A DNA stretch of 63,534 bases, the filler included, from Platydemus manokwari (taxonomy: Eukaryota): assembly GCA_037951405.1 (NCBI GenBank). It is 6 parts of 6 records of this genome, joined end to end, with 100 filler letters (N's around TTAATTAATTAA, not from the genome) between each part and the next. Parts side by side here need not be neighbours in the genome. Positions count along the whole stretch, not along the records: positions 22,250 to 32,718 come from JBBMOY011131552.1; positions 32,819 to 44,972 come from JBBMOY010284448.1; 4 more parts are not named here. One strand, 5' to 3'. The notes below the pieces were generated by a model, which did not search any database, was not told where the DNA came from, and saw only the letters and a list, made by a program, of their open reading frames with translations. Below, in pieces: positions 22,250-36,700 of this stretch (the stretch's first letter is position 1; each line of letters starts with the position of its first letter). Position numbers and translations under genes: made by a program.

Positions 22250-25200
22250 AGGTTTTGCTCGTCAACTATCGGGATTTGTTCGTTGTCAATTTGTAGGTCT
22301 ATCCTATTGTTTATAATATTGGTATATATCATGGCAGATGAGAAAATTTATATCCTACAGAAATATTTTATAAAAATTTACCAGAGAACTTTTGTGCTTT
22401 TGGAATAAGAAAAGTAATGAATGGATATTGAAATATATAAAATTAAAGAGAGAAATATATAAGAAATCCTTTGAGAAATTCTAGTTTTAATATTGGTTTT
22501 GGATAAATATTAAATAGGTTTAAAAGTTTGAGTGAAACAGTCGAACAGCAATAAATAATGTGATTATAAAACATGATGGAACAATAATAAAAATAAAGAT
22601 GTTATACACCAAATCAAAATTCAAGAAAATATGATATTGACAACTAAATTTTGTATTATAACTTTAAAAATAAAATTCTAACATATTCTTCGTCGGCCTA
22701 GCTCGATTCGCCACTCACAAAAAATTTATTTTGTAAATTTAAACTTTCTTATAAATCGTATTGTTTCCATTTCTAATTTTAGAGTGAGGAGAAAATTAAT
22801 TTAATTATTAATTTAGGTTGGAAATACTAAAGAATAAAAACATTTTACACCTTCAGACAAAATACAACACTTATTAGAAACAATTGTCTCGATAGATACA
22901 GTTTTCAAATAGATAACTTTCCTCACAAACCATTCCGCCATTGGAAACTATTATAATAGACAACTACAAACAAGATCCCATGAGTCTAAAACCGTTCATT
23001 TAATGTTCGAATAGAAAATTTGGGTTTTATGAAATCGATATAAGATGCCCATCATCGATTGAACTTTCTTATTTTGGTAAATCTATCCAATCATTTCCTG
23101 TGGTTTGAAATGTTTCTTGGATTTGTAATTAAATAATCCAGATATTTTATTACCTTCAGAGCTTGCCATTATTATAAAATGATGAGAATAATAATTGGTT
23201 AACATTTCTCATCAAACAAAATCAAAATTTCCCATCATTAAATTTGACGAAATTATAAATGCCTTGATTTATTTTGAAAAATTATTTGGATAATCGATAT
23301 GTTATATTTGAATATTTCAAAGTTAAATTCGATTATTATTTTATGAAAATGGTTTTATTTAACGCTTTTATAATATTATAAACAAATGAGTATTAAAAGC
23401 TGTAATTAATTCTCAATTTTTTCACTTACAATGTTTCGCTAATGTTTTGCAGTCTTAAATAAATGATTTCATTGAAATACTGGATTATTAATTAAAATTT
23501 GCAGACTGATTTGAACTTTAACAAAAACACAATATAAAATTTTTAAATGGAAAATTTTTATTTGTTTTTTCAAAAAAAGAAAATTTTAAAAATGAAAATC
23601 TGTCAAATAAACTTGTAAACAGTTAAATAAAGGAAATACATTTAAAATACAAATATCTTTAAGATTTTTAATTTCATGTTTTGAAAAAACAAACCAATTG
23701 AATTTTATAAATTTTTTCAATCTGAATTTTGGAGAAGTCACGTTAAATTTTTTAAGAATTTTTGGATCAGAAGTCACAAAGTAATTAATTCCCTTACACT
23801 GATAGTGACAATGAATTTCTATATAAGTAAATATCAGCTATTGTAAAGAAAGCTTGAACTCAGTTATTGAGAATGATTTCGTTGAGATTTATTGTGTATA
23901 TTAATCAACCATTAAATCTGAAAACTGTACCAAATATCACAACTGTGATCTCGATAACTACCTGTAAACCATTTTACAACTCACAATCATAAATCACACA
24001 AGATGGGATCAGCACCCGAAAGTCAAAAACAAAATGGAAAGTAATCAAAAAGACTGATCACTAAAAATCACACGAATATAAGTTTAACACGCGAATTATC
24101 GACCAAAACTATGGAACTCAGCCTCTTTTATAGACTTATCGGATGTGTCTACTTGTTGTCACAGATTTTTGCTTTCCATTTGCTGAATTTGTTCGTATCA
24201 TTGGCGGATATTGGAGCTTGCAGCAATCTGTAGGTATGAGCCTGTCAATTCTTAGCTTCTAAATATGGATTAATATTAAAACGAATCCGATTGGCTGACG
24301 GCACATGTGCTTATCAAATATGTGTGTGTCGATCTTTTTTTAAGGTTCTTTCCCTGGTTCTTGTAACCATTTTGATTGATCTGTGATCTACCCAACAGAT
24401 TATACGGTAATTTTTAACATTTATTCTGAATGTATTATTATTATTATTAACATTTATTAATCTGTTTTAAATACGATTCCAATAAGTTATAAATCTTAAT
24501 TACTAAAAAATAATATTCTATTTATTTCTATGCCTAAAATATAAATCGGATCAATTTGTTGTCATGAAATGAAGCTTGATGAATCAGGTGAAATCCCTAC
24601 CAATGAAATATTGAATTAATTTTTGCTTGTATAAAACAAACCTCTTACACAACAATTCATGTTAACTCGTAATTTGCGTAAAAAAGCATATTTAGATTTT
24701 ATTTAAAAAATTTTTCTAATTCATTTTTATCATGTTTTAATAAATTTTCGCAAGGTATTAATTATAGTTTCAATGATAACGGGATTTGAACAACATAACC
24801 GAAGTCGAGAAAAGAAATGACATTTGAATAATTCGATAATTTATTGATTTTTTTATTGATAATTTCAAAAAAAGGTTTACCAGTTGACTGGCTTCATAGT
24901 AATTTTAATATGTTCTACCAAACATTTCAGTTTACTTATTGATCAAAGCAAAAGTAAACAGAATATTGGGTTTTATTCCCAGGAACTTTTATAATCTATA
25001 TGTGCTTTATCTACTCAGGATTTAGAAGTTCCTTTTATTGATATTTTTCTACACAACCCTACAGCCCTATTTACAATTAATATAATTTTATTTTAAATGA
25101 AAAAATTAAAGTAAAATATGCTATCAAATATTAAACATTACAAAATTAAATAAATTGTTTTAAGTGGGAAGTGGATCGTGACAAAAATCATTAGCCCATT

Positions 25201-28200
25201 GTTTATGTCGCAATATGAGTAATCTCTAACTATGATCGAAGAAGCGTGATTTAACAAGCAATATAATTATACATATACCAATTCAAAATCAACCCTTTAT
25301 TGTATTATGGACATAGCAGCAGTCAAAGCTAGGCGATGAATAAAATTGATTGTTATGATGCAAGCTTGGCAAAATTATACCTTTTTGAAACATTTATCAT
25401 TCGACGTTTGATTTGAAACATTAGTTATAAACATTTTTCTGATGATATAAATTAACATTTTCAGAGTTCCACTTGACAGTGAATTGAAATATTTTTGTGA
25501 CTTGTAGTTTATTTAAATGTTACACAAATTAATGAGAAATTTGGTTATAAATACAATTCTTTAATGTTAAATCATGTAATAATGGACGTAATAATAGTTT
25601 TCAAAGTTGCCGTTCGACAATAACTTGACGAAATATAAAAAATCTCAAAAACTTATTCAATAAACAATCATAAACAATTATCAATCATACTAATAATATC
25701 AATAATACTTATAGGAAATTATTCCCTGTTAAGACGAAAACGACCAAGAGATCCACATGTTGCATCTAGTGGGATCTGGATAGTGTGTAAATAGTTATTA
25801 TTTGTTATCTATAAACAATATAGCTGTTATTTATAAACCATAATAAATATTATCTATAAACAATAATGATTATATATAACTACGATTAAAATAAAATATA
25901 GGATAAGAGAAAACGAAAAACAATAATAACAAATGATAAAAAAGATGGAATATAATAAAAACAATGGCACGGTAGAGATCTCAACATTCAACATTCAATG
26001 GAATCGATCAAAGATATCAAAACCAAACAATTATAAAAGCATCATATCACGAATTCATAATGTCATCAATTATGCAATAAGTCGATATAATCTGGAAATA
26101 TTTTATAATTACAGGTAATGGACATCAAGGAAACACAAAAGCCAACTATTATAAGAGGTTTTACAATGCCCTTCAACAATCCATAGTTAAAGGCACAATC
26201 AACAGAATAAGGATTAAAGAATATCCTAAAGTGGACTATATCTCTAATAAATTAAAAGTCCACACAGAAATTAATCCACAGGTAACCCACGGTATAACAA
26301 AGACAATATTCAGGTTTGATAATGTATGATAACCAACCTTTTAGAAACATACCAAAATTATCAGTGAAAGTTGGAGCCGCGGAGTTCAAAATAAAAGCTC
26401 TGTTCTCATTAAAAATCAAATCAAATCATGAATCGTCCAGGAAATGGAGACTAATATCAGAGAGCTGTTTTAATTCTACCAAAAATCCGTGGGACCTATA
26501 TTATGTATTGTAATTTTTAAATTTTAATTGTTTGTGTTTTTGTTATTGTCAAATAAACTTGTACTTTTTACAGAGTTTAATTTATCGGCTGAAACCCAAC
26601 AAATTAATCTTAATTTTATAATAATAAATTCATCATTTTACAAATAAATGTGAAATAGTATATTATCATAGTATATTCAAAACGATTAGTTTATTTATTC
26701 ACAATTGTCCATTTATTTATTTTATCATCAACAGTTTTTTGTTGAAAATATATATTTATAATTTAATAAAATAATTAATTATTCATTTTTATTAATGGTC
26801 GATCCTTAATCAAACATTTTATTTTTTTATTATATTGCAAAATTAACTGTTGCATGTTTTGAAATTTAAAAAGTTTTATTCAAGAATTTTAAAATCAAAT
26901 TAAAACATTGTTTTAATATCGTATTTCCTAGGTCACGCAAATGAATATTACTTTATTTAATCTTTTGAAAAAATTATTTTTGTTATTATGTACATTTATG
27001 AGAATATAAATTGTGTTGCATTTCCATTGTTGTTTTGAAAATGTTTTAAAATTTTTCTGCAAATTTTTAAGTTGTTTACTGATTACGTTTAATTGTAAGC
27101 AGATTAATTTATACATTTTTAAAGATTATCTCAAACAATGATAGACGATATGATTTTGTATATTCATCCTGTTGAGATGGATATTGATTGATTCTAAGAT
27201 CAGAAGGTAATTAAAAAAATTCCTTCTGATTGCTCTAAATTAATGAAAATAAATATAAATATGATAACCACATTAATAGAACATCTTCAAACATTTTTGC
27301 AACATTTCCTGGATAGAATTATGAAAACTATATAATATGTTGAAATAGAATTAGAATAATTAAATAAATTGTTGGCAAGAATCTCGTAAAGAGAATTACG
27401 TTAACGGAATCAAAATTAAAAATGAAGTGCATTTATAATGCCTGTTAAAATATTTCAGAAATTTTGTCGTTTAATAAACTTAACCTAAACTGATTAAAAA
27501 CACTTGGTTACTTGAATATTAGGCCCAATCACCTTTAATCTTCCAGTGGTACAAGAGGTCTCCTACAGCATAAGAGTCGACCATGAAATCATCCTTACCT
27601 GAATAGAGTCCATCACAGTAAACCTCTCATTAATAATTAGACTAAATTTAATCATACTGTGGTTATGTTTTGTTTTCGTGGTTTTTATTATTTTTCCCAT
27701 AGATTTAATAATCTAAAGTAGCTCTATACTAATTCATGACTTACCACAATTTAGTATTTATTGATGATTATATTTCAATTATAAAATTATAGTTTTTATT
27801 GAAATCCGACTCCAGTACGTGTGGGTTTTTTTAGAGAATTAAAATAAATATCAAATATTACAATAAAATATAATTTTCAAATCAAAATCAAATACAATAT
27901 TGATTAGAGACAATACAATAATTAATAGCAGAAATTATGGCTGATTAATAGCAGCTAATAATCGAGGATTTGATTTAAATAATTAATTTGATTTATTATT
28001 GTGTCAGAGGAATTGTTAAGGATGAAACATAATGTATTGAAAACAATATTTGTTTACAAATTGAATTTTCTTTCGTTAGTCGTTTAACACTTAGATGTGC
28101 TTCTGAATTTTTTTAAGGCGTTCTAAACTGGTTTGATCAGCTATTTATACTGGGTTTGATTTTCCTTGTTTTCATATCTTATTATTATTTTTCTATTTTA

Positions 28201-29610
28201 GTATTTTTAGCAATACTATTTTTAGGTTTTATTAATGACGGCTGCCATGTTTTGGTCTTTTAAAATATCTAATCTATTGATAGATTTAATTGAATCGATT
28301 TTTAGGTTTTGATCTAATTTTAGATAAATTAGTCATTATTTATGAAAAGTTTTGGAAAAATTGAAAAAAAATTGGCTTTGTAAATAACAGTTATTTAAAT
28401 TATTTATTCGAATTTTTGATATTTAGTTGTAATTATTGAACTTGATCAATTATAATTGTAGATTGTGTATATCAATTATATTTTATTACTAATATTATTT
28501 ATTAACCCATAATAATTTATATTAAAAAGAGTTATTTCTCAAAACCACAACTGTTGGAGTCAGATTGTTCATTGATTATTATAGCTGACAAATAAATGTA
28601 TTCACACTTGGAAATTAAGCTTTCAATAAATCCTAAATCACTACTACTCCCATTACGTGAGCTTCTTTAAATTATTAAATCTATCGTAATCAATATTAAA
28701 ACCTATTAAAACAACAGTAAATGATAACTCCACTCCTGTTAGGCGGATAACAATGGCTGGGTTGCCATTTAATCTTTTATTTAACAAATTGAAAACCATG
28801 CTCATTTTGTTGGTTTTCATCATTTTTACGGATGGCTCCCATAGAACGATAAACAAACTCAGAAACATTAAACAGTACCTTCTCAAGTCATTTAATTTAT
28901 TAGCTGAGTTTAAATATTTGGAACCAAGCACATATGTAATAAAAATTTCTTTTCAAATTCTTATTATTCATGTAATCAAAACTAATTTACCGAAACATGG
29001 CTGATGTTCTAATATTTTGTCTCGAGTAACCATAATCAGATGATAAGAAACGATTTTCGAAGAATTGAATATCCTATTGTACAGGATCTATGAAAATCGT
29101 TGAAAATCTGTGGAAGAAAATAATGGGAGCTATTGAAATATTGGTGAGCAGCACCCATCAACAAAATACCAGCAAGCAACAGTATTCTTATCATAACTTC
29201 TCATTAACAACAATGTAGCAATTTCCCCAGTAACAACACCACATAACAATATTTCCCCAATATTCAATACTGATGTCAGTATTTTCTGATAAATAGTAGA
29301 CAACAATAGCAGACACTCAACAATCGGTTCAATATTCCCAAATCCTTGACATCTTATTCAAACAACAAAGCGATGACTTCTCCAACAATTCAAATCCCAG
29401 ATTAATCCTGTCCATCATCAAAATAACATTTCTAACATTTGACGGATTGACGCATTAGAAGCAATGTTAACGTAGCTATAATGATTGCAACAATGATTTA
29501 TAAATTAAGGACAGCCGATAATCGCTGTTTTTGTATCGGACAAACTAGCAGCTAATAAACTTTTTATTTAACAGGATTGGTTTTTTAAAAATATAACAAG
29601 AAGAATGATC

Positions 29611-29655
29611 ATATGGAATGATTATATGGAATGATTATATGGAATGATTATATGG
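29611..29655. repeat. Tandem repeat, 3.5 x 13 bp (ATATGGAATGATT)
   Basis: Seen directly. Confidence 0.9.
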
Positions 29656-32600
29656 TAAGGTGGAAACTATATCGGGATGATTGAGAATCACAAAGGCTGT
29701 GAAAACTGTTAAAGATTTATCGATAGTGCTAAAATCTGTAACTGAAATGCATCGATATTATCTATGCATTTTATATTTTTTAGATTATATTACAGTGGCA
29801 TCAGTAACAGAAGTAATGAGATAATATCTCTTAACTTTCAAATCAAACGTTATCGAACAATGAATACATTTTAAAGCCATTTTTCGTTATTAAATGAATC
29901 GACAAAGAAAATATCAAATTGACTCTTAGAGTGATCTACGAAACATATTTGAAAAGGATGATATGGCTTATGAGATCTAATTTACGGAAAAAGAACCATC
30001 ACTGAAAGAACAATGGCATTTATTAATTTTGAGAGTAAACAAAATAAGGATGATGATAAAAATCGAATAATTATGGATAATTTTTCGAAACCATCAAAAA
30101 TTGAAACACATCATTGGAATGTTTTATCGACAATTCGATAAACACTAAAAATGAACAGATTTCCTCATTTATTAACAAATTCAATGCCACGTGGCCAACG
30201 CGAATGAGCGGTTTAACTGTGAAGGTACGTATTATGTCTAAAATTGTATTTATTCGTTTTTTTTGTAATTTCTAGATAAATGATGATAACTAGATAGAAG
30301 GATGTTGTGAGCCTTTTCGGGGTAAGAAATGCTCGGGGTTTTTAATTGAAATAGCAGCGTTTGAAGCAAATCATGTATTTCGAAATTCTCAAGGATCCTC
30401 GAGAAATGGGAAACTTTGGTATGAAGAACATCACATTATATTATACATTTATTTATAACATGACAGAATAACACAAAGCCCTTGCATGAAAAAATTCGTT
30501 TAAAATTATTGTGTTTGTATACGGCTACAACAACAATTATTTTTGATAAAAATATATCGATGTCTGTAGCAGTGCATTGAGCTAATAGATCTTTATAATT
30601 TATTGACCGAAAAGCTGACTCATCATTTTCATCACACACAATCATGGTATTGATTGAACCATTAATAATTCCTACAACTAGTTCACCGAAAGACCGGTAA
30701 TATACGATTTCAAATCCATAATTAAATAATCGGTGAATTGACACCCACTCTGTCACTTACTACATAGCAGTGAGAATCTGTTAAATGCATTTTTGGATCG
30801 ATATCAGCATTTCCCTCACAAACATTATCAAATATATTTGTTAAATTCAAACACAAAATATTCGATAAACCTTCTGAATTTATGCTCTCTATTTTATTAA
30901 AAAAACACATCACTTCAAATTCTATTGAAAAGAAGGCTTTCAAAGATATTCGAGAGATGAATTTCTAAATCATTAACAATTTGGCATCCGATATCCATTA
31001 TTCCAAATCGATCGATTCATAGACGTGATAAATGATCACAATAAAATCGATATCAATTATGGATTACTTATATCATATTCAATATAATTTTACTTTTTTG
31101 AATAAAATGTCTTTGGACTTTTATAAATGCGTTAAATTCCAATCATCCATTATAACCCATCCATCAATTCTGAAAATCAGATATTACTTGGTCAGATTTG
31201 GCAGAATTGTTTCGTAATTATTGAGCATCTACTAAAAGTTCTCATAAAAAATGAAAGCAACAGACAATTTATCAAATTGTAGAATCGGTGTGTCCCATTG
31301 AGATATTCGATCATGAATATTGATATTGCAGTGGAATCATGACATTTTGAAAAGGAGAAAAATCCCAAGATCAAAATGAGCCCATTCCAATAACTGGGCT
31401 AATGGATCCATGACAGAATGGTAATCAGTTCTGTAACAGCAGTATTGAAAATCGAATGGTAATTCCTGTCAGGATTCCACTGTTAATTCTTGATTTTCCA
31501 TCAAATTTTCTCATCTGTGAAATTGATCCAGTCAACCATGGCATCAATTAGATAAGTGAGAAACAAAACACCACTGATGTGACAAAATGTCAAGAGTCCT
31601 CGTTCGGATGTATTTGACAACCATATTAAAATGAATTTGAATAAAGTATTTAGAAAAATTACGATCGATTGGAAAGAGGTCATATCAAGTTGATTTTATC
31701 GATTTTTTCATCCGATATTATTCGATCAATAATTAATGCGATACGGATAATGTTTCGTCGATTCAGAATCTTTCAACTGTTCAACTTATCGAATCTTTGA
31801 AAATCCTTAACAAACAAAGATTTGGCTTTATTATTCCCGTTGTTTGGTTTGCAAGTAACTTTTTATTATCGATTTAAAAATTATTTATTTCTACTACTTT
31901 CATCATTTGATCCAAAACAATATCTCAGTTTAATATTAGTTTAAGAAGTAAATTGACAGAAATGATATTTTGCCATATCTCCAATATCATCAAACGTTCA
32001 ATAAAAGGAATGATTACAAATTATCATCTATCAAACGATATATGCCAGGCCGTCGGGGAATAGAAATTGTAAGCGAATGGAAATTATGCGTTATTAATAT
32101 CAAAAATTATTGCTATGAAATTGCCATTGAAATAGTGCAACAAATACTGGTTATTGGTGCCCTAAAATCGATTTCTATGCCATTTGGGCATTCATTAAAA
32201 CATCGACATTACAGCATCCATCAATCCATCAGCAGTTTTCTCGTTTTATTCAAATGCAATTATCACGCTTATTAAACCCACCGATTCCGCTCAATCGATC
32301 ATCAAACCTCATTGATCGAGTATTGAACAAGAACAAAGGCGTAATTACAAAGGCTCCTAGAAAAAATCTAGTAATTAAAAGACCTAGAGTAACTTACACA
32401 AAAATTAGAGCACAAAAATCGCCTTTATATTTATCAATTAGGTTAGATTTCGTGTCGAATTAATTCTACCATCAAAGAAATGTGATCCGCTCAACCATTA
32501 TCGATCATGAGAGATAATACAGTTTAATAAATGAAATGAAGTTTTACAATGTCACTATGGGATAAGGATGGAAGTCTTGGAAATTATTCCTATATTTTCA

Positions 32601-32718
32601 AAGTCAATTTTGTAATTATTATTTCTGTACTAGGATAGTTAGCAATATAAATTAAAACAAAGAAATATTATTCAATGAAATAATTCGATATTTGAGTAAT
32701 GAATGATATGCTCAGAGA

Positions 32719-32818
32719 NNNNNNNNNNNNNNNNNNNNNNNNNNNNNNNNNNNNNNNNNNNNTTAATTAATTAANNNNNNNNNNNNNNNNNNNNNNNNNN
32801 NNNNNNNNNNNNNNNNNN
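32719..32818. other. Assembly gap with linker
   Basis: N44-TTAATTAATTAA-N44. Confidence 0.98.
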
Positions 32819-33724
32819 AATTTTGTTTTGTTTGTGTTTTGTTTTTTTTTGTTTAGCGAAAAAACCGGAAAGGAATTACCGACACACCTGGTATTTATAG
32901 GTTTTCGATAACTATCTGATATTTTTAATTTCAAGAAGAGTTTATTCTTTAATGTACTTTCTTTTTATTATTGTTAAGGACTCCGTATGTTACTGATATA
33001 CAATCATAAATGCAAAACTGTATAACGACTCGAATTTTATAACACACCATAAGAATCTGAAAAATATAATAAAATATAGTTAAAATTGAGATCGAATAAT
33101 CCCTTGTATATATCATATTTTTTCGATATGCGTAACCAATTCTATTTATACAGTTCAAAAATATAGATACTCCAATTTGTTAAAACTTAGTATATAATGT
33201 TAACTATATTGCAATTTTTAGATATTACATAAATTCTTGTAATCATGTAAGTATTCATAAAATCATCAAACCCCTTGGATATTTGGAAAAATTCACAAAA
33301 GAATCGTAATTTGTACTCAGTGTATATTATTATCACAATTCACAAAATCACTGGTACAACTTCACCGGTAAATATGTCATTGTAATACAAACTAATTGTA
33401 CAATTTTTAAGCTTAGATATTATTTGTATACTTCAGTTAAAGAAGATCCACCACGTTGCAATAGAGAAAATTGATAATAATTAGCGCATTTAAATTATAA
33501 TTGCAACTGACCAAAGTGAAAAACTCAGATGGTTTGGTTCTAGCGTAATTCTTATTATGAAAGAGATTGAAAAATTGAAAACAATCGTAAAAAGAACTGC
33601 TTTTTATTGACTCTATTTTTTACTAAGTTAATAGAAATCATTCAAATTGATAGCTGGTTTATATCATAATCATTTCAAACTGGCGCACTCTGCTCAATAA
33701 TAATAGTAATTAACAATTTATTTG

Positions 33725-36700
33725 CTAGTGGTTCACAGAGTGGCTTGTCTGTTGCCTGGAAAATAGTTGAGGATCGTTACCGCTGACATTTGTAGGCGCG
33801 CACTGTACACTTTGAACTCGCATTGGCATCATATTGAAATTACCTTGGAAATTACCTAGAAAAACATATTTCGATGCTGTTATAATTTTTCATGAAATAG
33901 AAAAAAAATCGATGAAATTTGTAACAATTCAGCTGCAGTGGAACAAGATAACTAATAATAATTTAATATTCAGTTTATATCAATGGAATTTCAATAAAAA
34001 AATAACCACAATTTTACCAAATAATACAATTAAATACGTCAATATTTACAATCACGAATAAATACCATTTCGAAATAATTGTTGAATAATTAAGAAAACG
34101 AAAAAATATTAGAAAATAATGAAAGAAAAATCAAAGCCTACAGAAATCGAAACTGATTGTCAAAACACAATCAATGTGAATTTATCCATATCCTAAGTTG
34201 ATAAAGAAATGAATGCTCTCTTCAAAAATTCAGAGTCTCAATAAAATATGCTATAATTCAATTCCACTTCCAGAAAACAATTATAATTCTAAGAGTGCTT
34301 ATAAATTATTTATAATTATAATTATATACATATATTGGTATGGAGCTATGTAATTTGATATTATATTCTCACATTGGTGAGAAACGATAACATATCTCGC
34401 TTAACATATATTATATTAAATATAAATTAATATATTCGACCAACGGTGAAGACATCGATTTTATACGGTTATATTTCTAATTAATCAAGACAAAAACTGA
34501 GGCTGGAGCAGCTAATATCTGTTTCAAATCTCACACACTCGAATATTAAAAGAGTCATTTATTACTCAGATGTGAATCATTTGGACTGGTATAACTGGAA
34601 AAACCATTCCATTCTGAATTTCTAATTCCTGCTACAAAAGAGAAAATATTTTTCTAAAAATCCTTACGGACGAAATTACCTGAATTCTCGTTCATTGAAT
34701 GAGATCTGTTATAACCAGATGAACGTATACCAGTGTGTGAGATATCAGACGGGCCGTCACAGAATGCAGACTGAGCATTCTTCCAAGAATGTGATCCATG
34801 CAGTGACTGAGAATTTATATCATTGAACATTAAACCACCATTTGAGTAATTGAATTCGTTATGATAATTGCTTCCAGAGGAAATCTTAATTAGAAAAATA
34901 CCATTTTATATTGTTTGGAATGATTTTATTTTAATTTCATATGGTAAAATTCTACTCAAAGATATATATTAAAAATTGAATATAAAAAACCATATGAATT
35001 ATCCGATAATAAACAAATGAAATATTCTAGCTGGTATAGAGGATAATAATCAATAAAAATGAATCTATGGTTGCAAATATTATTATTAAAGCCTCTTGAA
35101 GCGAAAAACTCGCATAAATTATCAAATATTCGTAATTGACAAATTGTCTTGAAGACAAATAATAAACATATTTTTTTCAAAATTGAATAATGTATATGTA
35201 TAATATCAATTAAAATATCATGAAACCATTTGCTTAATTTATATTTAATTGATGCGATTGATTGAAAAAAAGATATTATTTGTCTTCTATTGTTTTATTT
35301 GATAAGATTGATTTATATAAAGTGTGAATAATCAATAATGATAATTTATCAAAAATGGGATATTTTCTATAATATATCCTTCACAATATCATTTCTAATA
35401 ATGGATGAACGTGAGAGAATTGATTTAATACAGAACATATAAAAAGCTTTAAAATTTAAACAAATAATGTTAACATTATAATTCTGGAGAAAATCAAGAC
35501 AAGTTGAATGAATCTAGTTGAATGTTAGATAATTGAACAGATTTTATATCAACAATTAATGATAGCGCGCGCGCACGAGTCAGAATCAATGGAATATTAT
35601 TGATAAAATTGAAAAATATAAATGAAGAACAAAATATTGAATGGATAGATAATAGATTTGTGTCGATTGATTATATAAAATATCAAATATAAGAATAATA
35701 TTAAATATATCCAGATATCAATATTTACAAGCTCATAGAGAGAAATGAATTCAATGATAAGCCTCAATGAAACCATTAATCAATCAAATATTGGATTTGA
35801 TAAGAGATTATATGAGACCAAATCAAGCTTTAGTCAAGCAAATATATTGAAATAATGATTTAACATAAAATTACCTGATTTTGACAGTTATAATTGATAG
35901 GAAACTGATTATTAAATTGATTATGATTGATTCCCATTTGTAGATCTGGGCTTGAATGCTGATTCTGGTACCTGGGATACATATCCACATTAGTTTGATT
36001 TAATAACATAGTCATTATATCATTTGATGATGGGTCACCAATACAATTATTATTGCTAGTGGACTCAAATCCGGGAGGAGGAGATGGAAAACCGGAAGAG
36101 ATTGATTGTACTGCAGTTGAAGTGCTAGGAATAATATTGTTTGAATTTCCCATCAGATTCAAACTGCTCATTTGCTGATTAAGTCTGGTTTCACTCGGTG
36201 ACGGTTTATCATGAATGAATGGTTGTCCCGGCGCACGCGAATTTAAAGTGAAAAAGTCATTATTTGATTGCATCATATACTCGTGAGGATTCTGTCGTAG
36301 CATATTACGTTGTGGAGGTGCATATAAAGAATCGCTGGAGATTAATTTATTTGGCATGTAATTATTAATTCCTGGGGTCATTTTCTGACGGTTTTCTGAT
36401 GCGATGATTTCTGCTAAAGCTTGTCGAGAAACATTGATTGGATCAAAGTCAATATCAGCCGTATCTTTGAATTTTTGTTCATAATTTAAATTGTTTTTGT
36501 CAGATCCAAATATTCTATTGAAATCCATATCTGGTCGGTACTGATATTGATTATAATTTAATACCCCATTGTTATTTGCTTGTTGATTGATATTATGATC
36601 GTATTGCTGATTGATAGGTATATTATTCTGCGAATTCAGTTGATAAAAACTTTCTAACAGAGAATTGGTAGTATCTGGATTCATACAATTTAAGAATGAC

